A DNA stretch of 63,234 nucleotides, the filler included, from Octopus bimaculoides (taxonomy: Eukaryota): the NCBI RefSeq assembly GCF_001194135.2. It is 5 parts of 4 records of this genome, joined end to end, with 100 filler letters (N's around TTAATTAATTAA, not from the genome) between each part and the next. Parts side by side here need not be neighbours in the genome. Positions count along the whole stretch, not along the records: positions 1 to 10,696 come from NC_069008.1; positions 10,797 to 25,749 come from NC_069009.1; 3 more parts are not named here. One strand, given 5' to 3'. The notes below the pieces were generated by a model. That model saw only the letters and a program-made list of their open reading frames with translations. It ran no database searches and was not told where the DNA came from. Shown piece after piece: positions 1-11,327 of the stretch; the stretch's first letter is position 1, and every line of letters begins with the position of its first letter. The position numbers were made by a program, and so were the translations under genes.

Positions 1-1268
1 GGGGGGGGGGCTAAAGAAATCTTGATTATTTAAACAAGCTTATTTTATTAAATTTAGTTTGAAATTGCACAAAAATAATTAAAATGTGCTCCTTGACATT
101 CATTTGTTCATGTACCCTTCATTGTATGTTTACATTCAGTAAGTAAAACATTTAAATATGGCAGCTAACAGGTGAAGTGAGATTGTAGCTCTGAAAATAA
201 CAGGTCATAGCACCAAAGAAGTGGTGTCAAAGGCTGGTGTTGATCCCTAAACTGTCTATAATGTCATGAAACGCTACAGTGCCACAGGTTCAACTGACGG
301 CAAGCCAATTCCTGGTTGAAAACAATCTGGAAGGAGACGAAATAATTGGTGGATGTTGTCTGAAAGAGAGTGTTGTGAAATCCATGGCAGAGCATGAGGG
401 AAAGGGCTAAAAGTTTCAATATCTCCCAGACAACCATGCAACAGGTTGGGCATGAAGACAAATTGTAAATCATTAAAATTGCAATATCAACACCTAATTT
501 TGGCCGCTTCCAAAGCAAAGTGACTGGATAGATGCAAGAAAACTACAGAGGAAATTCAGAGCACCGGTGGCAATGTCTTCATCTGGTTGGATGAAAAGAT
601 ATTCACTGTGGAAGCTGTAGTGAACACCCAGAATGATAGGATTTTGGCCATGAGGTTGGATGTTGTTCCTGAAAGCGCCTGTAAAGTTTTTTACTGAATG
701 AAACCCACTGGAGTGATGGTTTGGGTGGCATTGTTATCTGATGGTGGAACATCTCGCCTAGTGTCCATTGGTCAACTCAGCAATTTACATGAAAATGTTG
801 GAGGACAATGTTTTGCCATGGGTGACCAAAGCATTTGGAGATAATTCTGTGTTCATACATCTAATGTGACACAGCAGTGGTGCATAAGCCAATTTCAGTG
901 GGTTTTGGGACAAGAATTTGTAGGCCGTACCTCCGGCCCAGAGGTCAACCCTATGGACTTCGCTATTTGGTCCATTCTAGAAAGTGATGTTTCAAGAGTT
1001 TCCTACAAAAATATCAACGCTCTGAAGAAAGCCTAAGTCACGTTATGGAATTGTTTAAGTGAAGAAGTTGTCTGGCATTTGTGTGACTCTCTTCTCGGCT
1101 GTCTTTTGCCGATTATGAAGACTAAAAGTGAAACTATTGAATAAAACATATTGTAACATGTTACATGACCATATTTAATTAAATCCTAAAGAACTCATGT
1201 TTTTATGTCCTTTACTAAAAATTATGACTGAAAACCAATCAGGAATTCTTTATGGTGCACCATGTATA
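1..1268 (+). mobile_element. Decayed Tc1/mariner DNA transposon, probably maT (DD37D-like) group
   Basis: Broken ORF from ~159 with FIWLDEKIFTVEAVVNTQNDRIL (~578-650), VMVWVALLSDG (~714-746) and NPMDFAIWSILE (~946-982). The TIR remnant aaagaaatcttgatt at 13-27 matches the reverse complement of 1237-1266, which is followed by TA. Stops, frameshifts and a deletion near the second D prevent counting the triad spacing. Confidence 0.8.
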
Positions 1269-1274
1269 TCAACC

Positions 1275-2191
1275 TTTATAGTATACAGTATTATAGATCC
1301 ATATCAGCCAATGTTACCAATCAGTTTAACTCAGGGATCGGGAAATTAGGTGATTACATAACACAACACTCATCAGAATGGCTGGTATGGGAAAAACAGC
1401 AATGGCTCTAAAGTTACTGGAGATCAGCAAGCGTGTGTCATAAAGAGAGATTGGATGCCCTTCTTATGATATCGATCTTTCTCAAAATATGCTTGTTCAC
1501 CAGCTCAATTTCCAATTTATTTGGGTTAATCAGGTGGCACTGGGATTGGAGGCAAAGTTCGGTTTGTGATCTTTGATGGCAATAAAAGCATTTCTCATAG
1601 CTAACTGTTCCATCCTGTTGGCTATTCATAGAGTGCTAGCTGTTTGGCTTCATTGTTTATGTGTGCAGTGAAGCTCGTCTATAGTTTTGTATGATGCTGT
1701 TTTCTAACAGCCTATCATATGTGATGACATCTTTTCTATAGAGTATTTTATTTTTTTTTATCAGAGAACAGTAAAGCCCAATCTGAAATTTTAAGGAGAC
1801 ATATATAGGAAAAAAACTTGTGCCGAAAAGGGTTGGAGGACTTACAGAATCTCAGTTTGGAGTTGATACCCAGTAGATCTTCGAAGGCTTCAAGGTCTTT
1901 GATACTGGGTGGGAACCTTCTGGATCTGATGTTGTAACTGTTGACCTCCAAGGGCGGTGTTATTTGGTCACAAAAATATGCCTTCTATCTCATGCGCCTT
2001 ATTAGGTCAATAATTTTCGATAATTTTTCAGATCAACACCCGCACGATCTTCACTGGGGTTTTAGGGTCAGGGTTAGGGTTTTAGGGTTAGTTTTAGGGT
2101 TAGGGTTAGTGTTTAGGGTTACGGTTAGGTTAGGGTTAGGATTAGGGTTATGGTTAGGGATGGAATTCCCTAACCCAAACCCTAAAACCCC

Positions 2192-2224
<33 letters not shown>

Positions 2225-2400
2225 CCCTAAAACCCTAACCCTGACCCTAAAATCCCTAACACCCTAGTGAAGATCGTGCAGGGTGTTAATCTGAAAAATT
2301 ACCTAATTTTCTCAAGTAACATCCTCATATAATCCTTGTGTAGAGTTCGCTTGATGGTGTGGGTATATTAAGTAACCATGATCGTATAATTCCATGTCTG
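1275..2400 (-). mobile_element. Penelope-like retroelement RT fragment, split by the MITE at 2019-2303
   Basis: Minus-strand peptides LNIPTPS..., EKIIDLIRRMR*KAYF (joined across the MITE), RFPPSIKDLEAFEDLL, ALLFSDK and AFIAIKDHKPNFASNP..LINPNKLEI resemble the N-terminal and RT-proximal motifs I recognise from Penelope-like elements. Confidence 0.72.
2019..2303. mobile_element. Fold-back MITE, Merlin-type termini, containing (TTAGGG)n-(CCCTAA)n arrays
   Basis: Perfect 8-bp TSD TAATTTTC at 2011-2018 and 2304-2311. TIRs start G(G/A)TAATTTTTCAGAT(C/T)AACACC. The whole element is an imperfect palindrome centred on ~2158-2170. Confidence 0.82.
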
Positions 2401-2867
2401 TAAAGAGAGTATCTTTTGTGACTATATGTGCACAGCCGGCGGGGCGACACACTCTGAGACTGGTTGTCCATGAGTCCCCCAAAAAGTACATTCTATGGCC
2501 TGTCAGAAAGTGACCATTGGTTTAACGGCTATTATTGCAGTTGGCTATAATAGCGACTCATCTGACTTGCTAGGTCGAGGCACATAACCCCTTTACAAAT
2601 GGAGGTAAATATTGTATCTTGGTCAGCTTGGTGGTTTAAAAAAAACAAAAGAAGAAAAATCTCTGAAACCAAATATTTTTGAAGTGAAAACGCTTTCTGG
2701 GAAAGACGGAGTTACCTCCCTTCGAACGAAATTTAGTTCTTATTCTCATCACGTCAAACTAAAATGTACATGTACCTCGTAAACGCTTAGTCATTTTATA
2801 CTGAAACGTAAGGTTTGTGTGCATGTGTGAGAATCTCACAGACACACGCACATTGTCATTCTTAGTG

Positions 2868-4610
2868 AGTCCGTCGTTGTCGACGATGACCGAAGACATC
2901 ACGTAGGTGAAGAAGACCAGTTACTGTGTGTCCGGCTATAGCCGTTCAGTTCGATGCGTGCTGGGAAGGCTCTGTCCCAGCTCAGTTACTAATGGTCTAT
3001 TACGACTGAAAGCAAGGAGTTAGCTCTGGACTTGTGCAGTTCGCGTTTTCTTTGAGCCCCTGCAATCCAGTTTTGTTCGTAGGAGGTAGACCCTCTACTG
3101 GTGCAGTTTCGCCAGGCAGAGCGGTTTTGTCTTCGCGTTTCATAGGTGACGGAGTTAATCTCAAAATGCTTCAGAGAGACTTTGAGTGTATCCTTGAAGC
3201 GCTTTTTCTGTTCACCTTGCGTGCACTTGCCTTCTGCCAGTTCACTGCAAAACAGTCTATTTGGGAGGCATTCAAACAAGGTAGCCATGCTTGGCAGATC
3301 AACTTGAGAGGACCTCCGTGTCTGGGACCTTGTCTTGCCAAGTGATTTTCGGTGGCTTTCTTAGGCTGTTTATGTGGAAACGGTTTAACTTTTGACATGA
3401 TATTTGCAAACTGTCCAAGTCTTGCCGGCGTACAGTAGTGTAGGCAATACAACTGCTTGGCACAACAACTTGGTGGCCAGCCTAATGCCTCAACTCTCCC
3501 GTCCTGATTCACGAAACCGCTCGAATGCTGAGCTTCCCATGGCGATGTGTCGACTTTATCGTCAATGTTCACAGTTCTGGAGGGTGTGCTGCCGCACTAC
3601 GTGAACTTGTCAATAACCTTCTCGTTTTCCCCTTCGACAGTAATAGTTGGCTCCACATACGGCTTCTGCGAGGCAGGTTGTTGCATGACTTCTGTGTCGG
3701 TCAGGTGGAGGCCATCATGTTCGAATGCCTCCCCAATAGACTGCTTAACAGTGAACTGGCGGAAGGTAAGAGCTCGCAGGGTTAGTCATGGTTGTGACGT
3801 ATGCACCGATGGTCGTGATTGAGAAACACCGAAGGCAATTCAGTTCTTTGGGGAAGCTGGTTAGGTTGCTGGTAAGACTAGATGTGATGGCAAAACACGC
3901 TGCTACTTCACGACATTTGTCGCTACGACGGCCACTCCAGAGGAAGGTGTAACCGGTTTTGACCTCAGTCACTGACCTTTGTCAGCAAGCTTGATCTCGT
4001 TCAGAGCTGCTTCGGTTAGTGGGGAGCCGCCTGCGTGTAGATTTGTGACTATAACTTTCAGTGCATCTATGCCTGCTGCTTTGTCATTTTTCCATCACCA
4101 CAAGACTTGAATGTGCGTCTGGGATGGTATGATGTCTTGACTTGTGCGTCACATGGATTAAATTGAAGAAGGGATGCACAACGTCATTTGCACCACTCTC
4201 TCGCCCCTTCCTAACAGATCTCAGTGGTAGGACGAAGTCAAGACAACTAGAGATAGGTTGGGATGCAGTGGACGGCCGCAGTGTCCTTCGCATCTCCCTC
4301 TGCCCTGTGGCCAACCCCACCCCACCCACAATGCTTGCTGGTCCGCCTTCTGCTTGCTGAACCAATCTCATGGTTTCTTCCGCACACTCCGCCGGGTCCA
4401 GTCTTCACATGCATTAATAGACAAACCTTTGATTACTGATGGTCGAGAGCCGTCGGCTACCCTCACCTTGGTTTAGCCGGCCTGTGGGAAACCGTTGCCC
4501 GGGGTGTGATCGCAGTTGCATGCAGACAGCTTTGTGGAGTCACAAGTGAGAGCTAGGTGTCAGGTGAGGACCAAAGCGGACGAACTACTCTGAAGAACAC
4601 CACAAGTAAA
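2868..4610 (-). mobile_element. Internally deleted RTE-clade LINE
   Basis: APE endonuclease motif GYTFLWSGR (~3930-3960) and AYVTTMTNP (~3780-3810). RT C-terminal motifs VVLPTLLY, WQDKVPDTEVL and KKRFKDTLKVSLK...RKRELHKSRANS (2990-3700). RTE-type 3' end near 2870. The RT core is missing. Confidence 0.85.
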
Positions 4611-4766
4611 AAGTTGGTAAAAGGAAAAATATCAGAAGGCAATTTTTATAATGAAAATATTTTTTAATTAGCAAGAGCTGACAAGTAGTAAGAGTGTAAC
4701 CTGTGTGTGCGCGCGCGCGCGAGTCAGGGAACAGCTTTTATCACTTATGTTTGAAATATGGATTTA

Positions 4767-5015
4767 GTGGCAAGGCGTGAGCCGGTATAATTCAGACTTA
4801 TCTGCTCGAAGTTGATGTGCAAACGAAAAGCTGTTCATGGTATTACAAGTGGAGATGTGATACGATTCAGAGCTAGCTGACCCGTTGTTGGTGTGAAAAA
4901 TGAAGAGGCTATTCATGATGTGGCAAGTTGAGATGTAATATAATTCAGAGCTAGCAGACGCGAAGTTGGTGTGCAAAACAAAGTGGCTGTTCCATGTCGA
5001 AAGCGAGATGTTATT
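4767..5015. repeat. Degenerate tandem repeat, ~75-78 bp x 3 plus a partial copy
   Basis: The motif caag..gagatgt..ta(c/t)aattcagagctag..gttggtgtg..gct(g/a)ttcatg recurs with caag at 4771, 4846 and 4924. Confidence 0.6.
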
Positions 5016-5669
5016 CCACTATCCGCTAACTAAATTAAAATTCCCGCTTCTCTTCTTGAGAAGAGAACTACCTTTGGTATTCATAAGCGCCCAGCCCTGA
5101 TTGGCTGGAGTATGCCATAGCACAACTGTGCAATGACGCAACAAAAATATCTTTCTTGACTCGCTACAAATGTATGGAACGTGAGGAATGTTTCTGGTTG
5201 CCCACCCTCCAGGTTTCCTGTAGTGGAATTACCTGGTTAAAAGTTCATACAGTTACAGTAACACTGGAGTACATCTCGTAACTATGTTATGCGACCAACC
5301 AGCATGTTACATTGGGTGTTTAATAACTTAAAGGTGCATAAAACATCCCCACAAATACTGAAAACAAAGTGAAGATGACTCACACAAGTCTTCAACTGCT
5401 TGGGTATGCCCCCTGACGCACACATTCCCCAGCCTTTGATGACCGTGAAAGGTTGAAAGAAACTGAAGATTTTTTAAACCAAAATCCCTGAGAAACGTCA
5501 TCGATTAATATACGTCATAATCACAAAACAAGAAAAGTTTTAATTTCTTTGAAGACGAAAGATGCTTAAATCACACACATACATACACACGCACGCAAAT
5601 ACACACACACATGTATGTATGTGTGTGTGCACGCATACGTGTGTGTGATTATGTTTGTGCGTGTGCGAA

Positions 5670-5815
5670 CTTCTTTCAATTTCCGTCTATCAAATACACT
5701 CACAAGCTCACTAGGCTTTGCTTAGACTGGACCTATAGTATATGACTTACCTTAGTGCCATGCTGTGGTACTGAACTTGGGACCATGTGGTTGGGAAGCA
5801 AATCTCTCCATAGCC

Positions 5816-5818
<3 letters not shown>
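5670..5818 (-). mobile_element. SINE family A, head fragment
   Basis: Degenerate reverse complement of the head seen at 10493 and 41827. Confidence 0.65.
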
Positions 5819-5868
<50 letters not shown>

Positions 5869-5989
5869 ATCATCATCATCAAGATGAATCAGTGCAACAA
5901 AATGACGTAGACAATTACTTTTTGATAACTATCTCTCCTCCATGTGAGCTACAGGGCGTCCAGACTCTTCTTCAGTTAGATTACAGAAT

Positions 5990-6500
5990 TCATGAAAATG
6001 CGGTCTTGTAAAGCATTTCATTGAATGAAGTTAACAACTCTTATTACAATATTAAGGGATAGGCATTTTATTAACATCTCTGCAGTAGCCCCTTCGGTTC
6101 GAACCCTTTTTTCATCAATGATCACTGATCCTATCCAACCAAGTACAGTAGCCGAATTGGTTCCGATTTCGATGGAATGCATCCTCCATTTCAGGGCCAG
6201 ATTCATCTCCTTCAGCACTGCAGCCAACTCAGCAACGTTGATGTGGTTGTACTTTTCCAAGCCAGGTCGCGTCCTACACTTCGACGCCTCCGATTTCCAG
6301 TACAATCCCTATCGCTATGCTGCTAGCATTGCACCATACGGTTCCATTCTCCAATTTGGGCACGTTCCCGTTTCCTCTGACTGTAGAATCTTTCGCATCA
6401 TCGTCACTGTCTCCTCTCCCACTTTATCTCCATAATTTGCTCCATATACTCGTCTCTTAATGTAGCTGCACGCTGTTCGTAACCACCCTGTGGTTGGGTA
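5990..6500 (-). mobile_element. LTR-retrotransposon pol fragment (RT connection to RNase H, Gypsy-like)
   Basis: Minus-strand PTTGWLRTACSYIKR, VWCNASSIAIGIVLEIGG and HINVAELAAVLKEMNLALKW..IEIGTNSATV give an RNase H-like D..E..D spacing with decayed residues. Confidence 0.68.
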
Positions 6501-6532
6501 GTGTGTATATATAGTAGTGTGTATATATAGTA

Positions 6533-6576
<44 letters not shown>

Positions 6577-7686
6577 NNNNNNNNNNNNNNNNNNNNNNNN
6601 NNNNNNNNNNNNNNNNNNNNNNNNNNNNNNNNNNNNNNNNNNNNNNNNNNNNNNNNNNNNNNNNNNNNNNNNNNNNCTTTGAATTTGCTTCAGAAAGAGG
6701 TCTATGTTTGTGATGGTTAGTTGGGGCGGGGGAGCTAGGAATGTGGTCTGGGTGTCAAGTGGGCGGCAGCCCCAAAAAGTTTGGGAACCACTGATTTAGA
6801 GGCTTCCATTTCTTGCTATTTTCGCTCGATGACAACCGTGACTTCTCAGCGAGTTTAGTGTAACTGTGTAAGGGAGATAATTCTAGATTGATTGCTTGGC
6901 AGTGTTATCCCAATTTCGTGCAAAGTTGTTGTTTGTCGTAGCTGAGCGAGAAGGCCTCTGACCCTATGACCAATTGCGATCCAGACGTGACCTTCCCTCC
7001 TTTGTTTTCTTCTATACTGTCTCTGATACTGGTTCAGTGATTTAGCTGCTATTTCTACAACGTAGAATAACTTCGTAGACGCTTCCTCATTGGTTGATAT
7101 CGATGTTTGTGTGGGTGAGTGTTTTAAAAGCCAAACAACTTGTGTAGATAATAGTGAATGCATGCGTTTATGTGCGCGCGTGTGTATGGGGGGGGGCGAA
7201 GGTGGTGGATTACACTATGTAACATGATTTTTTATGCTTGGGTAGCAACTTATTTCCTATTTGTTTACCCCTACAAAGTATGAAAAATGTATAATATTTC
7301 TTTCAAACATTGCTTGTGTTACCGTATTCCTACAAACCTCAAAGAATCTCTCTCAACACATGGCTATGATGCTTCCCCACTACTCCTGCTCATCATCAAA
7401 GATGCACATATTGTCAGCAACTAAGGGTCATGTTCAAGTGGTTAAGGTCAAGCAAGTGACAAGGAAATCTATGGTATTGAGAAGAATATTTGCTATAATG
7501 ATATTCCTGCTTCAGTAATTCCATCCTGATTCTGTATGAAATGTAATGAAAAATAGGTCAATTTTAAAACATTGATGTCCAGATCACAAAAGCAAAGTTT
7601 GAAGGGAATAGTAGTTATTTCTTTTGATTTCTAGAAAGAAAGCAAATAAGAAATAACGCTTACTGACCACACACACACACATATAC

Positions 7687-7724
<38 letters not shown>

Positions 7725-7734
7725 TTGCTTCACA

Positions 7735-8145
7735 GTTTTGCTTGATGTGCTGGGATCATCCCAGAGATGTCATCAAGTGTAGAACTAACCAGGTCCACCA
7801 GTACTCCCCATTGTTGACCCCATTCCAGCCCCCTCTGCATCATCCAAGATGACATTGAGCCTTTGGAGACCTTCCTTAATCACATCCATCCATCTGATGT
7901 ATGGCCTGCGACTTGGTCTCTTCCAGCCTGCTGCTGATGCATTGAGCGAGCTTAAGGCCCTGGTAGCATGATCTGCTGTAGATAGCTAAGAGGTGGGAGG
8001 CTGCGTGCATGCATACAGCTCTTCACTGGAAACGTGATGATACTATCTGATGTCCTCGATGGCTCTCAGGGCTCTGCTATCAAAGCCATTGACCTTCTTT
8101 GCCAGGGTCTTCATGTGTGGGCGAGGGGCATGTTTCTGCTCCATA
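7735..8145 (-). mobile_element. LINE (RTE-like) RT C-terminal remnant
   Basis: Minus-strand YGAET, GFDSRALRAIEDI and WKRPSRRPYIRWMDVIKEGL. Confidence 0.6.
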
Positions 8146-8530
8146 GAAAATGGAGAGGACTGATGCATTGTAACCAAGTTGGTTAAGTCAGCTTTTACTA
8201 TGTTTTATTTCATGAGAAGCTTTGTTAAATTTTCTTTTTATGCACGTGAAGATTTAACACTTTTGTTCATCAGTAAATAACATGTCCGAAACAGCTGCAG
8301 TGAACTACAAACCACCTGTGTTTTTGTTTATACTTGAATTAACTCAGAACCTTCCATGCATTTGGATTTGGAGTCTGTAGTGACTGTGGAATGCATGTAG
8401 TGAGTGTACCCCTGTGTGACTATTCAGTCAGTACTTGTGGATGTATGCTTTACTGACAAATCCATATTTACTTTAGTAACTACAAATATGTCAGTACACA
8501 TTGTTGGTACAGAGGTGCACTATCTCTTAA

Positions 8531-8743
8531 GGCGGCGAGCTGGCAGAAATGTTAGCATGCCAGGCAAAATACTTAGCAGTATTTCATCAGTTTTTACGTT
8601 CTGAGTTCAAATTCTGCCGAGGTCGACTTTGCCTTCCATCCTTTTGAGGTCGATAAATTATGTACCAGTTGCGTACTGGAGTCGATATAATCGACTGGTC
8701 CCCTCCCCCAAAATTTCAGGCCTTGTGCCTAGAGTAGAAAAGA
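8531..8743 (+). mobile_element. SINE family B, tail type 1
   Basis: tRNA-like head ggcggcgagctggcagaa, B-box-like gagttcaaattc, central gccgaggtcgactttgcc.tcatcc.tt..ggtcgataaa (resembles the MetaSINE core from memory), and tail ...gcctagagtagaaaaga. Confidence 0.8.
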
Positions 8744-9771
8744 GGTGCACTATCCCTGACTCTACTTTGATGCTTTTACCATTTAAATATTTGCTTCTTT
8801 TGGATTCTGAAAATCTTACATATATATATATATATATATATATACATACATGCATATCCCTCACTCCCTTTCTCCCTCCCTCCACAATCAGGATGAAAGC
8901 AGTCCCTCTGACCCTTCAGAAGATTTCTGTGATAAGTGGAAGAAACCAGAGATCTATTACAAAGTTGTGACAAAGTGAACTCAGCTAAAGGTATCCAGGG
9001 TACTGGGTGGTTGTGGTAAATAGTGTAACACTTAAGTCTACCACCTCAGTTAGCCACAGTAAGATTTGAACTCATAATACAAATATTCAGAACAGATACT
9101 GCAAAGCATCCGATGTGAAAATCTTACGGTTCATCCAATGCATTGGCCTGGATAGGTAATTTCTTTTTTATTGACTTTTAAATGATGAAAGGCAAAATTG
9201 AATTTGATGAGATTTAAACTCTGAGCACCTAGCGTAAAAAAAAGTGCCTTAAAGGTAAACTGACAGGGTAGAATGACAATAACAACAATGTGTAGTAGGG
9301 TGAGGTCAAAGTCATTGGGGTATTGGGATTAGGTTTCTGTTAGTAAGTAACAAATAATAAAATCACACTAAAGTTTTACCTAACTTTCCTTTCATTGATA
9401 TACTTATGTATTAAACTTCCTCAAACAGGTTCAGTTTAAGTTATTTCTGCCAACTCCTTTATAACGCCATATCTATTAAATAGCAGTTAGCCTCTGACCC
9501 CTGTGACATGGATCACACCATTAGACTCATTACACAACATCTTACCCTCACTATTTCCCCCAGTATAATGGAAACATGATGTAAACCACAACCTGCGAAA
9601 ATTTCTCCTGAAAGTAACTTTATTTACCATAAAATGTAATACCATGGATTATAATAGCTCCTTAAAATGAAGTTCTTCCCATTCCTTACCATTTCTATTA
9701 CGTTATTTTTATTCTTATTTTACTTCATTATTTTAACTTACTTTCCCACATGCTAGTTTCCTAACATTTGG

Positions 9772-9887
9772 TCTCTCTGACGAAGCCTTGGGGCTCAACC
9801 ATTGTCCAATCCCTCTCCAATGTTTGTTCATCCCTGTATATCATTGACGTGATGAGGATAACTTAATGGTAGAAACAGTTGTAAGAG
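9772..9887 (+). ncRNA. Degenerate type I hammerhead-ribozyme-like motif, probably from a Penelope pLTR remnant
   Basis: CTGACGA at 9777-9783 and GAAA-C-agtt-G-TA at 9872-9883. Stem I is ctct (9773-9776) pairing with agag (9884-9887). The stem II region is ~88 nt, much longer than usual. Confidence 0.38.
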
Positions 9888-9978
9888 TTTAGTATTTGTA
9901 CACTCATCTGTTCTTATTCATTTATTTCTATGTATATATCTATTTTCGTATTTATTGGCTTATTTCATTTGTTTACTG

Positions 9979-10125
9979 CTTCTTTCAGTTGCCACCTACC
10001 AAATCCACTGTCAAAACTTTGCTTGGCATGAGTCTATAGTAGAAGACACTTGCCCAGGATGCCATGTAGTGAGACTGAACTGAACCATGTGGTTGGGCAA
10101 CAAGTTTCTTATCACACACCTATGT
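9979..10125 (-). mobile_element. SINE family A head
   Basis: Reverse complement of the family A head and core. Confidence 0.7.
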
Positions 10126-10492
10126 ATATGCTAGACTACCCGGGACCCGTTGGGTTATCGGGAAACTCAGTTTCCCAGCAACGGAGTTTTGTTTCGTGGT
10201 TTTTTTTTCTTTCCAGGTTATTTCGCATGCTTTCAACGAATGTGACATCGAAATCACGCGTAAACAGCTCTTTTCCCCCAGAAAAGGTAAGGTTTGGCTG
10301 CTATTTCTTGCACGCCCTACTACCACATAACAGGTATGTCGGAGCCTTTATCGCAAATAGCTGTTACGTAGTAGCAGGGTGTGGTAAAAATAGTAGCCAA
10401 ATCTTTGGAGGCGAGGTAACATTGAATGCACTTGAAAAAAAAAACCTAAGGAAAAACCATTTCATACGGAGGTTACGAAGTTCATGATATAT

Positions 10493-10696
10493 AGGAGTGG
10501 CTGTGTGTTAAGTAGCTTGCTTACGAATTGCATGGTTCCGGGTTCAGTCCCACTGCATGGCACCTTAGGCGAGCGTCTTTTACTATAGCTTCGGGCCAAC
10601 CAAAGCCTTGTGAGTGGATTTGGTAGACGGAAACTGAAAGAAGCCCGTTGTATATATGTATATATATATACATATGTATGTGTGTGGATATGTATG
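10493..10696 (+). mobile_element. SINE family A head running into a gap
   Basis: ggagtggctgtgtg.taag A-box-like start, gggttcagtccc B-box-like motif, CORE-like ggcaccttaggcgagcgtctt, then a TA/TG microsatellite. Confidence 0.8.
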
Positions 10697-11093
10697 NNNN
10701 NNNNNNNNNNNNNNNNNNNNNNNNNNNNNNNNNNNNNNNNTTAATTAATTAANNNNNNNNNNNNNNNNNNNNNNNNNNNNNNNNNNNNNNNNNNNNCCTG
10801 ATCAAGCTCTTCTTCATCTTCGTCATCAAAATCTCCAACAGGATCGTTATGCTAATCATTAAAATTATCATCATCATCACCGCCATAATTATCGTCATCA
10901 ATACCCTTATTACTGGTTACACAGTTTTCGTCATCACCACCATAATCCTTATTAGCATCATCATCATCGTTATTAACACTAACTACATTCTCGTACTCCT
11001 CCTTCTCTGCCTCGTCAACATATTCACTAACACCACCACCACCATCAACATCATCAGCAGCAGCAGAAGCAGCAGCAGCAGCNNNNNNNNNNG

Positions 11094-11125
<32 letters not shown>

Positions 11126-11327
11126 GAGGCAGCACTACTACCAGAATCACCAGCACCATGACGATCATATGCGTGTATGATTGTTCAAGCAGCACATTTT
11201 ATCTATGTGTATACATGTGTTTATGTTNNNNNNNNNNNNNNNNNNNNNNNNNNNNNNNNNNNNNNNNNNNNNNNNNNNNNNNNNNNNNNNNNNNNNNNNN
11301 NNNNNNNNNNNNNNNNNNNNNNNNNNN

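Noticed and set aside
2050-2270. Telomere-telomere chromosome fusion scar
   Set aside because: Unique inverted termini and a perfect 8-bp TSD inside a rejoinable Penelope-like ORF show it is an insertion. The 1941-2267 ORF is just translated repeat.
10741-10752. TTAATTAATTAA islands inside N runs (also 25794-25805, 50806-50817, 60685-60696)
   Set aside because: An identical 12-mer centred in ~100-N gaps, with stops in all six frames, is assembly padding rather than biology.
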